Source: Candidatus Latescibacterota bacterium (GTDB lineage Bacteria; Latescibacterota; UBA2968; GCA-2709665). Taken from it: DNA of 64,000 bases. The position numbers were made by a program, and so were the translations under genes. The stretch covers positions 992,001-1,056,000 of the forward strand of contig CBDCOX010000002.1 in assembly GCA_965219995.1 (NCBI GenBank), in the 5' to 3' direction. The notes under the pieces are model-generated. The model was not told the DNA's origin. It did not search any database and saw only the letters and a program-made list of their open reading frames with translations. Shown here in pieces: positions 47,093 through 57,070 of the stretch. Positions within the stretch are counted from its first letter, which is position 1. Each line of letters starts with the position of its first letter.

Positions 47093-47129
47093 GAGGGCTT
47101 CCAGGCGGGTCCGTTTCCGGCGCGGGAGA

Positions 47130-49562
47130 TCACGGCAGGCCGAAATAAGTCGCAAAAATGAGGAAGTCCTGAAAGTCGACGAAACCGGTGCCATCCAGAT
47201 CGTGTTTCGGGCTTTCCGTGCCGAATGCGCCTGCGAAAGCAATGAAATCGGCAAAATTGACAGCGCCGTCTTTATTGAAATCCCCTTTTAACGTCTTGCC
47301 TACGGTCCATTTGTGTTCCGCCGACTCCTGTCCGGCCGAGACGACGACAGCGACCTCCCCGTCCGCTTCGTTGGCGGAAACCGTTACCAGGAGGGACGGA
47401 CCCGTCTCTTCCACGGGAACGCCGTCTACAGACCAGGCGTAACGCAGTACGTCACCGTCCGGGTCCTGGGCCGTCACGGAAAAGCGAAGTGTTTCCCCCG
47501 GCGCGCCGAATACGAGCCTGCGAGTCGGGTCGGTCTCGAGAATCCCGGGTGGACGGTCGACATTCGTCACGTGAACGTTCACGCTGACGCGTACCTGGTT
47601 GGTGCCGTCACTCACGCGGAATTGAATCTCGTAAATCCGGCCGCCCTGATCGTATCGAGGCGTCCAGCTGAAGTGGTTCCGATCCAGCCTGGCACCGGCC
47701 GGAAGATTCGCGCCTTCAAAGACAAGACCGTCGCCATCTTCGTCTTCTGCATTGATGACAATCGCGAGTGGCTGCCCTTCTTGTATTGTGGTATCTGCAA
47801 TCCCGGCCACGATCGGCGGCAGGTTCCCCGTCGCGGACTGACCAAAGACCACCCAGGCGATCGACGACGTTGTGCCCGCCGCCGTGGCGGAGACTTCCAC
47901 AACCGTCGGCCCGTCTCCGCTCGCCTGGATTTCGATCGAATCCGTCTGAGTCGTAAACGATGCGACGTCGGTTTGACCGGGTACGGTCACCTTCCTGTTG
48001 CCGTTTGTGCGGCGGACCGTCCAGGCCACCGGCGCTCCATCGGCTCCCATGGCGCGTACACTCGCCAGCTCCGCGGACCAGGGGAGACGCGCGACCGGAA
48101 CCCGGGCGTCGCTTACTGCAAGCCTCAGAGGGCTGGTTTTTCCGTCCGTCGATTCGACTTTTGAAATCGTGTAGTCGTACACGAAATCCTGCCCTTCCAG
48201 TGCATCTGAGATCGGTAGAAATACGATATTGTCGTATTGTCCGGCGTCCGGGATCTCCATCCTCGTGCCCACCGGGCGCAACAGACCGACCCCGTCGGAA
48301 TCGATCAGCATTGCCCAGAACTGCCAGCTTCCCCCGGCGGCCAGAGCAAAGTCGGCCCGAAGGCCGCCCCGCAGGCCCTTCGTCGCGACCTGAACGTATT
48401 CCGAGGCCAGGTGGTCGACCGTGCCGGAGCCGGATGCCTGGTCGCTCAATGTCAGCGCGACGTTTCTGACCGCCGCCGCGGGCTGATAAAATACGCCCTC
48501 TTCGTAAAATCCGTCACGGAAACGAGTTCCGGTGAAATAGTTCCATATCACGTAACCCGCCAGCGTCTCCGAAAATCCGCCGGTAGGCATTACCGGATCC
48601 AGTTTCCGGATATCGTACCCTGTGGAATTCCCTTCGCCCAGCCCTTCCCATGTCTGCCTGACGGATTTTCTTCCGAAGGTCTGATCCAGGTAATGCACGT
48701 ACACGCAGGCGCCATACTGATGCCCGTCGGCCAGGCTGGGCTGCCAGTCCAGGGAAACGGCGGGAGCCTCGAGAACAAAGCTGGTATACTGGAAATAGTC
48801 GTTCACGTCGTCGTAGGCCACGTCTTCCATCCAGGTTGCCGTCGCCTCGTGCCACCACGTCAGATCGCGTGCGTTATAAGCGAACTGCACGGCGTGGAAG
48901 AACTCGTGCGCCACGGTGACATGGAGTCCGTCCAGCCCGCGTGTCGCATAGATCCTGTCCGTGTAGTCGTTGTCGACGGTCAGATATGCCGCGGTCACGG
49001 GATTGCCCAATTCCTCCGGCCAGGTCTGCCCGTACACACCCCGGGTTCCCAACTGCTGAATATAGACGTCGAATCGTCCATCGCCGTCATCGAGGGGAAC
49101 GCGGTACCGGAGATTCTCGATCTGAAGCGCCCAGGCGGCATCGAACGTCGCCGCCACCTCCTGCACGTAGTCCGGGACCTTATCCCCGTCGGCGTCGGCC
49201 GGCGCCACCGCATGCTGGCCGCTCGTGTCGTAGTGAATGCGGAAGTGTCCACCTGGAGAGTTGATGCTGTCCGTCATCGTGGGCCTTTGAAACACATGAG
49301 CGAACGCCTGCTGTGTGTTCTTGCTCAGCCTGGGCCACTGGGTGGCGAGAGCCATGATTACGGGTGTTCCGCAAATCGCACGGTTATGAAAATAGGGGCT
49401 GTCCGCCGGCAGCAGATCGGGCCTGAAAATCGCGGCCGACCGGTTGAAGAGTTCGACTTCCAGATCACGCGGCAGCCGAGACAGATCGGGCGGCGTCTCG
49501 GCAGATGCCTCGACCCCGCCCATCACGAACAAAACCATGAAGACGCGAGTTGACCAATTCAT
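47130..49562 (-). CDS. secreted zinc metalloprotease (MXAN_6640-like) with Ig/cadherin-like and dockerin/EF-hand modules
   Basis: Signal peptide, CGT propeptide, HEFFH...WWHEATA, NLPP/DxDGD Ig repeats, C-terminal GDFNKDGAVNFADF...DLDGTGFVDFQDF. Confidence 0.8.
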   Translation of the reverse strand: MNWSTRVFMVLFVMGGVEASAETPPDLSRLPRDLEVELFNRSAAIFRPDLLPADSPYFHNRAICGTPVIMALATQWPRLSKNTQQAFAHVFQRPTMTDSINSPGGHFRIHYDTSGQHAVAPADADGDKVPDYVQEVAATFDAAWALQIENLRYRVPLDDGDGRFDVYIQQLGTRGVYGQTWPEELGNPVTAAYLTVDNDYTDRIYATRGLDGLHVTVAHEFFHAVQFAYNARDLTWWHEATATWMEDVAYDDVNDYFQYTSFVLEAPAVSLDWQPSLADGHQYGACVYVHYLDQTFGRKSVRQTWEGLGEGNSTGYDIRKLDPVMPTGGFSETLAGYVIWNYFTGTRFRDGFYEEGVFYQPAAAVRNVALTLSDQASGSGTVDHLASEYVQVATKGLRGGLRADFALAAGGSWQFWAMLIDSDGVGLLRPVGTRMEIPDAGQYDNIVFLPISDALEGQDFVYDYTISKVESTDGKTSPLRLAVSDARVPVARLPWSAELASVRAMGADGAPVAWTVRRTNGNRKVTVPGQTDVASFTTQTDSIEIQASGDGPTVVEVSATAAGTTSSIAWVVFGQSATGNLPPIVAGIADTTIQEGQPLAIVINAEDEDGDGLVFEGANLPAGARLDRNHFSWTPRYDQGGRIYEIQFRVSDGTNQVRVSVNVHVTNVDRPPGILETDPTRRLVFGAPGETLRFSVTAQDPDGDVLRYAWSVDGVPVEETGPSLLVTVSANEADGEVAVVVSAGQESAEHKWTVGKTLKGDFNKDGAVNFADFIAFAGAFGTESPKHDLDGTGFVDFQDFLIFATYFGLP

Positions 49563-49632
49563 CGTATATTCGACCTCTGCACGGCAGGATTCGGACGCAT
49601 GGCGGTGCATCGTTTGCATCACATCGGGGGCG

Positions 49633-50310
49633 TCACGTACCTTGTTTCGTGGCGGTTACGTAGATACTGTCCGACACATTGACGCCCACCACGTGCTGAA
49701 CGTTCGCTTCCAATGCAATGGTCATCGGACCGTTAAACGGCGCCCTCTCCTGAACAATTAGCGTCACACCCGGCCGCAAACCCAACGCGCCCAGATACCT
49801 GAGCATTTCCGGACTCTGGTCGTTCACCTGAACGATCTCAACCGTTTCGCCAGCTTCCACCTGGGTCAGAGGCACACAATCCGTACTCTCTATGTTTCCA
49901 TCTTTCGTTGGAATCGGCGCACCGTGAGGGTCGGTGGTAGGATGGCCCAGCACCCGGTCGATCTTGTCCTCGAACTCTTCCGAGATCACATGTTCGAGTC
50001 TGTCTGCCTCTGCGTCGACTTCGTCCCAGTCGTAGCCGAGTGCGTCGGCGAGATACAGTTCCAACAGTCGGTGATGCCTCAGGACTTCAAGAGCAACGGC
50101 TTCTCCGGCCGGCGTGAGTTCGACCCCCTGATACGGCGTGTGCTGAACCAGGTTCATCTCCGCAAGCTTTTTGATCATGTTCGTCGCGGAGGCCGCCGCC
50201 ACTTCCATCCGTTCCGCAACCAGCGACGTATTTACGGTGGACCGGGGCTCATGCCCGTGCTGCAGCTTATAGATGGACTTCAGATAGTCCTGCGCGGCCT
50301 GACTGAGCAT
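49633..50310 (-). CDS. DtxR/MntR-family metalloregulator with FeoA-like C-domain
   Basis: QDYLKSIY, RHHRLLE, EADRLEH, DPHGAPIP. Confidence 0.9.
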   Translation of the reverse strand: MLSQAAQDYLKSIYKLQHGHEPRSTVNTSLVAERMEVAAASATNMIKKLAEMNLVQHTPYQGVELTPAGEAVALEVLRHHRLLELYLADALGYDWDEVDAEADRLEHVISEEFEDKIDRVLGHPTTDPHGAPIPTKDGNIESTDCVPLTQVEAGETVEIVQVNDQSPEMLRYLGALGLRPGVTLIVQERAPFNGPMTIALEANVQHVVGVNVSDSIYVTATKQGT

Positions 50311-50425
50311 ATGTTCCCTTTCACAGGTGTTCTCGCGCGGAAAGCGGAAATCCGGTGGCGTCATCGGCAACACCGCCACTGATCCTTCTTCCCGATGAAT
50401 GATCGATCAGCGTTCCGAACGCCCC

Positions 50426-51862
50426 TCAGCCGGACACCAGCCGCCAGATCTGCGCCACGAGAAAACAAAGCAGAAAACCCATTCCGACCGGGAGAAGCGA
50501 TGCAACGGACGTCCACTTTGCGCTTCTCGTTTCCTTCCAGATCGTGTAAATCGTGGTTGAACATGGATTGTGCACGAGACTGAAAAGCATCAGATTGACG
50601 GCCGTGAGCAGATTCCATCCATCTGACGCGAAAATCCGGGCGATCGCAGCGTCGGAGTCCAGCTCGAACATCACGCCCGCGCCCGCGCCCAGCCCGGTCA
50701 ACTTCGCGCTTAAAACCGTCAACATCAGTATGGTGGGAATTACGATTTCGTTCGCCGGGACGGCAATCACATAGGCCAGCAGGATGACGCCGTTCAGACC
50801 GATAAGCAGGCCAAAGGGCTGGCTCCAGTTGATAAAATGCTCCGCGAGGCTGAGTCCGCCGACAAGGATATTGGAGCTCAGCCAGATGGCCGCGCCAGCC
50901 GGTATTGCAAAGATCACGGCGCGCCAGAGCACAATCAGCGTTCTGTCGATGATAGACGTATAAACGGTCTGTAACACGCGGGGCGGCCGATACGGAGGGA
51001 GTTCCAAACTGAACGCGGATGCTTCTCCCCGAAGCACGGACCGCGAAAGCCCCCACGATACGACAAACGAAAGCAGGACGCCAAGCACCGCGACACCCAC
51101 GACTGCACCGGCCGACACCAATCCCGCGAAATGAGCCGGCGCCAGTCCGCCTATGAAGATCGTGGCCACCAGGATCTGGGTGGGCCAACGTCCATTGCAG
51201 AGAGAAAAATTGTTGGTAATGATTGCAATCAGCCGTTCTCTGGGACTGTCGATAACCCGGGTGGACACGATCGCCGCCGCATTGCAGCCGAATCCCATAC
51301 TCATTGTCAACGCCTGTTTTCCGTGCGCGCCCGCTCTCTTGAACCACCCATCCAGATTGAACGCGACCCGGGGCAGATAGCCGAAGTCTTCCAGGAGCGT
51401 AAACAACGGAAAGAAAATCGCCATGGGCGGCAACATCACGCTGACGACCCACGCCATGGCCAGATACATGCCATCCACCAGAAGGCCATCGAGCCACCAC
51501 GGCATTCCGATAGCGGCGGCCAACGATTTCAAGGTCGGGTGAAGGGTATCGATCAGGAAGCCCGCCAGCATCGCGGAGGGCACGTTCGCTCCCTCGATCG
51601 TCAGCCAGAATACCAGTGTCAGAATGCCCAGCATAACGGGGAAACCCAACCAACGGCTCGTGACCAGCCGGTCGATCGTCCGGTCCAGATCGAACCGGGC
51701 GGCGTCTCCGGTTCGGATGACGGCACGATCGGCGATCTGGGCCGCGTTCGCGTAGAGCGTCTCCATTAGCGAATCGTGGAAATTGGACCCCACTTCCCAC
51801 CGCAACTTCGCGGCCAATCGAATCAACTCCTGGGGACGCCGGTTCGGGGTTGGCACACTCAC
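50426..51862 (-). CDS. feoB: FeoB membrane domain (split FeoB, C-half)
   Basis: [23 protein letters not shown] and HNPC gate motifs; GTG start overlaps the upstream stop. Confidence 0.88.
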   Translation of the reverse strand: MSVPTPNRRPQELIRLAAKLRWEVGSNFHDSLMETLYANAAQIADRAVIRTGDAARFDLDRTIDRLVTSRWLGFPVMLGILTLVFWLTIEGANVPSAMLAGFLIDTLHPTLKSLAAAIGMPWWLDGLLVDGMYLAMAWVVSVMLPPMAIFFPLFTLLEDFGYLPRVAFNLDGWFKRAGAHGKQALTMSMGFGCNAAAIVSTRVIDSPRERLIAIITNNFSLCNGRWPTQILVATIFIGGLAPAHFAGLVSAGAVVGVAVLGVLLSFVVSWGLSRSVLRGEASAFSLELPPYRPPRVLQTVYTSIIDRTLIVLWRAVIFAIPAGAAIWLSSNILVGGLSLAEHFINWSQPFGLLIGLNGVILLAYVIAVPANEIVIPTILMLTVLSAKLTGLGAGAGVMFELDSDAAIARIFASDGWNLLTAVNLMLFSLVHNPCSTTIYTIWKETRSAKWTSVASLLPVGMGFLLCFLVAQIWRLVSG

Positions 51863-52668
51863 GCCGTCACCTCGTCTTCCTGCCGAGGCATTCGCTCCAG
51901 GTCGCCCAATTCGCCCGAACACACCGCTTCCACAATCCGCGCGTCGCCTTCGAGAAGGCGCAGCGCCACCCACCGGGCATTCGGCACGTTGGGAAATTCT
52001 TCCTGCAGTTGTGCCACGAGCTTGCCAACGGCCTTCTTCAGTGCCGGGGGCTCGTTACGGATGCGTTGCGGCCTGCAGACCGTTCGACCTGTCGCCACGT
52101 CGCTCAAGACCCGTGTCAATTCGGAAATGCCTGTGCCGCGGCGGGCTGCCGCGGGTACCACGGGAACCCCCAGGTCTCGGGCCAGGCGTCGTTCGTCCAC
52201 GGAAAGCCCCTGACGATTGGCCTCGTCCATCAGATTCAGGCAGACCACCGCCCGGTCGGTAATTTCCAGCACCTGAAGGACGAGATTCAGATTCCGCTCC
52301 AGACGCGCGGCGTCCACCACGACCACCGTGACGTCGGGCCGTCCGAACAGGATAAAATCCCGCGCCACTTCCTCGTCGAGACTGGTGGACAACAGCGAAT
52401 AGGTACCGGGAAGGTCCACGAGTTTGTACCGGTGGCCGCCGTAAGCGAAACCGCCTTCCGCACGGGCCACCGTCTTGCCAGGCCAGTTTCCGGTATGCTG
52501 CCGCAGTCCGGTCAGGGCATTGAATACCGTGCTCTTCCCGGTATTCGGATTTCCCGCCAGCGCAACCACGAAATCCCAGTTCGCCATATTCACACCGAGT
52601 TTGATCAGATTGCCGGAATGATGTGCAGGACAGACGTCGCAGCCTCCGGCAGGCATCTGTGTTTCCAT
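51859..52668 (-). CDS. feoB: FeoB GTPase domain (split FeoB, N-half)
   Basis: [23 protein letters not shown]; N-terminal CDVCPAHH; GGAGG RBS. Confidence 0.88.
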   Translation of the reverse strand: METQMPAGGCDVCPAHHSGNLIKLGVNMANWDFVVALAGNPNTGKSTVFNALTGLRQHTGNWPGKTVARAEGGFAYGGHRYKLVDLPGTYSLLSTSLDEEVARDFILFGRPDVTVVVVDAARLERNLNLVLQVLEITDRAVVCLNLMDEANRQGLSVDERRLARDLGVPVVPAAARRGTGISELTRVLSDVATGRTVCRPQRIRNEPPALKKAVGKLVAQLQEEFPNVPNARWVALRLLEGDARIVEAVCSGELGDLERMPRQEDEVTA

Positions 52669-52721
52669 GGAAAACACCTCCGCAGGATTCCGTTCATTCG
52701 AAAGTGGAAGTTGGTGGCCCG

Positions 52722-53747
52722 TCATTCCCCGAGCTGAACCTGAATCTGAATCTGATTTGCCTGTTCCTTTCGAAGCGCAATGGTGGAACCCCGAATCCGA
52801 TATGCGGTCGGATCCCCCGACGGGCTGCGCATCTCCACCTCGATCCGGGTTCCCGGAAGGATGCCCAGATCCATCAGCCGGCGGCGTTCCAGACCGCGGC
52901 ATGACCTGGAGAGTTGCACGACACGGCCGACTTCGCCCCGTTTGAGGCCGGACAACAGATCGTCGGACGCCTCGCCTTCCGCCCCTTCGGAGACCGCGGC
53001 GACTGAAATATGGTCAGCCAGCAGAGGGGCGAGTACGTGCTCTTCTCCATCGGCCCAGAACCGTACGCGTTGAGGAAGAACCTCGATCAGCTCGATCCGC
53101 ATCCCTACGTGCAGACCCTCCGCCGCCAACTGGGCATAGACGGGTTCCGGCTCGTCTTCAATGTGCACAATCATCGCGGCAACGCCGACGGGGTGTTCGG
53201 TCAGGTGCGTGCCGCGTTTGGGCGCGATGTCTCCGGCCTCGGTAGGGATCGGGTCCCCGTGCGGGTCGTAGGTAGGATACCCCATCTGCCGGTCCAGACG
53301 CTCCACTTCATCGGAAGACATATCGTGTTCTCTGCGTTCCGCCTCGCTGTGCCACTCCGCTTCCGCCACCCCTGTCCGTTCCGCCAGATAGTGCTCCCAA
53401 AGCCGGTGAAACCGCAAGATGCGAAGCGCATAATCCCGTCCCTGCGTCGTAAGCCGGACACCGCCGCCGTCGGTAGCGGCCAGACCCAGCGCAGCCGCGC
53501 GTACCAGCAGGTCGGATGCGCGGCTTCGCGGAATTCCCAACGCCCCCGACAGGCTCTCCACCGTCGCGACCTGCTGCTGGTATTCGCAATTGTAGATATG
53601 TTTCAGGAGATCTTCCGTGAGTACTCGTTCGGTCAGCCGGCGGGCCTGGCGCCATCGCAGGAAAACCCCCGAATCCGGCCGGAACAAAAGCCATACAATT
53701 GCCAGAAATGCGCCGGCTACCAGAAGCGCCTGGAAGGGGTCGATCAT
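52722..53747 (-). CDS. membrane-anchored DtxR-like protein with two FeoA domains
   Basis: N-terminal TM helix, EDLLKHIY, RFHRLWE, EAERREH, DPHGDPIP, then two FeoA-like SH3 repeats (RRLMDLGILPG, GDPTAYRIRG). Confidence 0.82.
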   Translation of the reverse strand: MIDPFQALLVAGAFLAIVWLLFRPDSGVFLRWRQARRLTERVLTEDLLKHIYNCEYQQQVATVESLSGALGIPRSRASDLLVRAAALGLAATDGGGVRLTTQGRDYALRILRFHRLWEHYLAERTGVAEAEWHSEAERREHDMSSDEVERLDRQMGYPTYDPHGDPIPTEAGDIAPKRGTHLTEHPVGVAAMIVHIEDEPEPVYAQLAAEGLHVGMRIELIEVLPQRVRFWADGEEHVLAPLLADHISVAAVSEGAEGEASDDLLSGLKRGEVGRVVQLSRSCRGLERRRLMDLGILPGTRIEVEMRSPSGDPTAYRIRGSTIALRKEQANQIQIQVQLGE

Positions 53748-53790
53748 TGCGTTTTCTCGTTATCGGGATTGGTTTTATATAGATAAAAAA

Positions 53791-53836
53791 ATATTTAGTC
53801 TTGTCTAAATATAAGACGATAATCCAAAATTGTCAA
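53791..53836 (-). promoter_or_regulatory. promoter with DtxR/MntR-type operator
   Basis: TTGACA(53836-53831)-17bp-TATATT(53813-53808), overlapped by the palindrome ATATTTAG-TCTTGT-CTAAATAT (53791-53812). Confidence 0.8.
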
Positions 53837-54019
53837 ATAAACAATGAAACTGCGCCACTCCGGCAGAGCGGCACGACATTGTATGCCGATCAGCGCTTTG
53901 GTCTTGCAAACGACGCCTGCATACGTGATCGCTCCACCTTGCCGACAAAAAGACGTCGCCGGGCAGGCTGGTACCCGGCGAACTCCACCAAACCGCGTGC
54001 GATGATCTGACGACGCCCT

Positions 54020-54502
54020 CTATCCCTCCCTATCGACGGAATCCCTTTCGTACTCGCGTTCGCCGAAGAACCTCAACACTTCCATGAACCGATCGGGCGG
54101 GTGATATCCGGGCATCTTGTAGAGCAGCGTCCCGTCCGGTTCCAGGAACAACACCGTGGGAAACCCGCTTACGTTGTAGACCTGCGCCAGTTCGGCGAAA
54201 CTCAGGTCGCGACCCACAATCGTCAGTCGCGACCCGTTGTCTTCCGCATTCAGCTTGATGGGGATGAATTTCAATGCCATGTACCTGCGAATGTCTTCCC
54301 TGGAAAACACCTGACGATCCTGTCTTTCACACCACCCGCACCAGGTTGCATAGACGCCAATCATCATCAGCTTCTCTCCACCCGCCGCCTTCCGGAAGCC
54401 GTCTCTGGCATTGTACCACCTGAATGAACCTTCCTCCTTCGCAACGGCGAGTCCGGCAAACAGGAACCCCAACCACACACCGGTCTGAAAGATGCGTCTC
54501 AT
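54020..54502 (-). CDS. periplasmic thioredoxin-fold protein (SoxW/DUF255-like)
   Basis: Signal peptide, WCGWC, GFPT cis-Pro, PGY. Confidence 0.82.
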   Translation of the reverse strand: MRRIFQTGVWLGFLFAGLAVAKEEGSFRWYNARDGFRKAAGGEKLMMIGVYATWCGWCERQDRQVFSREDIRRYMALKFIPIKLNAEDNGSRLTIVGRDLSFAELAQVYNVSGFPTVLFLEPDGTLLYKMPGYHPPDRFMEVLRFFGEREYERDSVDREG

Positions 54503-54869
54503 ACTGTGAACTCCCGCGTGCGATCCACGCCTTGCAGGTTCGCGTTGCACGTGGCGAAATGGGTGTTCGAGAACCTCATTGCCGTCAAGTTACGGAACTC
54601 GGTTGCGCCGGGCAACCGGGAAAATCGCGATAGCGCCCGCGGACGGGACCCAAAAAGACGTTGCGGTCGCCGGACAATAGGCTGATATTTCCGCAAACAC
54701 GCGGGTTCGCGATTCCCCGGACCGGCGAAGTGAAGTCTCTCGCTTCGGGGGGCACGGCGGCGCAATTCCTCCAGGTCCCCGGCGAAGGAAAAGCCCAGGA
54801 AAGTTCCTGACGCCCGGTCCGAAATCCCGATACAGTCTTACGCGCGATATTGAATCGAGGGTACCTCTT

Positions 54870-55976
54870 ATGAAGCGGATCAGGTCCGGCATCTTCATCA
54901 TGCCGTTCCACCCACCGGGCAAGACGCTCGGACAGTGCCATGACGAAGACATGGAACTTGTGATTCGCGCCGACGAACTGGGCATCGATGAATTCTGGAT
55001 TGGCGAGCATCATACCATGGTCTACGAAAACATCGCCATGCCTGAAATATTCATCGGCGCGGCACTGCGCGAAACCGGGAAGATCCGGCTGGGACCGGCG
55101 CCCGTGTGTCTGCAGCAACACCACCCGGCGCTTGTCGCAAGCCGGTTGTCGTTTCTCGATCATCTTTCCAAAGGGCGGCTTAACCTCTGCTTCGGACCCG
55201 GAAGCGTACCGACCGACCTGGAGATCCTCGGTATCGACCCGCAGGACAGCGCTGCGATGGTCGCCGAATCAATCGAGATGATTCTCGGGCTCTGGCTGAC
55301 GGATCCGCCCTATGATATCGATGGGCGGTTCTGGCGGATCAGGATGGATCGCACCATCGACCCGGAGGTCGGCCTCGGGGTCATCCACAAACCCTTTCAG
55401 CGACCTCATCCCCCGATCTCAATGCCAATCTCCTCGATGAACTCCGAAACGGCCCGGGAGGCGGGCAGGCGCGGCTTCCAGCCCTTCGGCCACAGCCTGA
55501 TTCCATCGAACGTCCTGGCGAACATCTGGACCACCTACGAGCAGGCAGCCCTGGCGGCCAGGCTACGACCGGACCGTTCGGACTACAAGATCGCAAGGGC
55601 AATTTACCTGGCCGACACGACGGAGGAGGCAGTCAGGCGTGCAAGGTCCAACACCGTGGCGGCTAATTTCGAATATATCGGTACGCTGCTCAAACGCGGC
55701 GGCAGGGGAATCGGCATGTTCAAGCGCGACCCCGATATGCCCGACGCGGACTGCAATCTGGACTACCTCATGAACGAACAGATCATCGCCGGCGACGTGG
55801 ATACGGTTCTCGAACGGCTGGAGGCCCTGCGAGTGGAGGTTGGTGACTTTGGCACCCTTGTCATGATGTCATACGATTGGGACGACAAGGAAAGCTGGCT
55901 GCACAGCCTCGACCTCTTCGCGAAAGAACTGATGCCGGCCCTGAACCGGTTGCCGCCCGCCGAACAGGTGGCGTGA
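54870..55976 (+). CDS. LLM-class flavin-dependent monooxygenase
   Basis: ADELGxxEFWIGEHH, LDHLSKGR, KPFQRPHPP. Confidence 0.88.
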   Translation: MKRIRSGIFIMPFHPPGKTLGQCHDEDMELVIRADELGIDEFWIGEHHTMVYENIAMPEIFIGAALRETGKIRLGPAPVCLQQHHPALVASRLSFLDHLSKGRLNLCFGPGSVPTDLEILGIDPQDSAAMVAESIEMILGLWLTDPPYDIDGRFWRIRMDRTIDPEVGLGVIHKPFQRPHPPISMPISSMNSETAREAGRRGFQPFGHSLIPSNVLANIWTTYEQAALAARLRPDRSDYKIARAIYLADTTEEAVRRARSNTVAANFEYIGTLLKRGGRGIGMFKRDPDMPDADCNLDYLMNEQIIAGDVDTVLERLEALRVEVGDFGTLVMMSYDWDDKESWLHSLDLFAKELMPALNRLPPAEQVA

Positions 55977-56036
55977 GCTCCAACCGCGAACGGCATTCGA
56001 ACGGTGACCTGTTTCGCGGACCGGACGCGGAACGCA

Positions 56037-56070
56037 GAAGAGGCGACGCCGTGAACGGCGTCGCCTCTTC
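56037..56070. terminator. perfect 15-bp-stem hairpin between convergent genes
   Basis: GAAGAGGCGACGCCG-TGAA-CGGCGTCGCCTCTTC. Confidence 0.65.
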
Positions 56071-56101
56071 CGGTCAGAAACCAGACGTTCATCCGGCCTG
56101 C

Positions 56102-56668
56102 CTACTCCATCTTTTCCGCCGCCTTGATGGGAAACTCCTTTTCGAACCTCTTCCTGTGATTCTGTTCCCACCCGTCGATTGACTCCCGAAGCGCCGCGAC
56201 CATCTGGGGCTCGACCTGCAGCAGATCCTTCATCTTAATGGGAAACCTCTTGCCGTCAGGATAAAAACTCCCGTCTACCACCAGTTCCTGGAGAAAGGGA
56301 TACGCGGACACCAACTCACCGGGCGAAGGATGCAGCGGAGTGACGCGCGTATGGACCTTCAATCCCATATAGGCGAGGTGACTGAATCCCATCCGGAACC
56401 GGACGTGAGCGCCCACCTTGTTCACGCGCACTTTGTGGCCCGCGTACAGCTCGTCCAATCGCGCCGCCAGCAGTTTCCACCCCTGCTTGAATTCGTTCAG
56501 TGGCATCGCAGTGTCGCCGGCAAACGCCGCTTCCCGGTCCTTGGCGAGTCTCTTTGCCATCGAAAGGGACTTGTCATCCAGCTTTTTGGATTTGGCATCC
56601 GCCGAGGGTGCAAAGCAACCCGACAGACAGATGAAGAAACCCACCGAAGTCGTGAGAACGAAACGCAC
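56102..56668 (-). CDS. hypothetical exported protein, possible lipoprotein
   Basis: GGGGAGG RBS, GTG start, hydrophobic leader with LSGC; no family recognised. Confidence 0.55.
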   Translation of the reverse strand: MRFVLTTSVGFFICLSGCFAPSADAKSKKLDDKSLSMAKRLAKDREAAFAGDTAMPLNEFKQGWKLLAARLDELYAGHKVRVNKVGAHVRFRMGFSHLAYMGLKVHTRVTPLHPSPGELVSAYPFLQELVVDGSFYPDGKRFPIKMKDLLQVEPQMVAALRESIDGWEQNHRKRFEKEFPIKAAEKME

Positions 56669-56892
56669 TATGGCCTCCCCCGATTTAATCCACGATCGCG
56701 CGACACCCTTTGCCTGAAAAAGGCAACACAGGACACCCGAAATGACGCAAGGTGCAACAGTTCGGGTTCTGAACAGACAGGAGGTTAAGGAATTCCAAAC
56801 TGTCGCGCAAGCATTTTCTCCGGCGCAGAAGAACACCCGCGCCCTGTGACTCGGGGTGCGCGGGTGCAGAAGATTCCGGAACCGGGCTCTGT

Positions 56893-57066
56893 TCAGGCCG
56901 AAGGCGGCTGCTCGATGTCCAGCAGGGATTTTTTCGAAGCGCCACGCTGCCCGCCGCAGGAGGAACAGCCGCCTGATCCTGCCAGGAACGGACTCACGAA
57001 TTTCCACACCGCCCAGAAAGCACAGGCGATCGCAACACCCGCCGCCACCAGCGACTGCCAGTCCAT
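56893..57066 (-). CDS. FeoB-associated Cys-rich small membrane protein
   Basis: One TM helix then GGCSSCGG; starts 4 bp after the feoB stop. Confidence 0.75.
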   Translation of the reverse strand: MDWQSLVAAGVAIACAFWAVWKFVSPFLAGSGGCSSCGGQRGASKKSLLDIEQPPSA

Positions 57067-57070
57067 GGAT

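Noticed and set aside
51859-51862. Split feoB as a pseudogene
   Set aside because: Coupled stop/start overlap, RBS-like sequence and intact motifs in both halves.
54503-54869. Long divergent intergenic region checked for cobalamin, TPP, SAM and FMN riboswitches
   Set aside because: No conserved core motifs recognised.
56715-56790. GGCAA...GAAA...GACGCAA resemblance to a c-di-GMP-I riboswitch
   Set aside because: Wrong strand for the flanking genes and the P2 stem cannot be formed; an Rfam scan would settle it.
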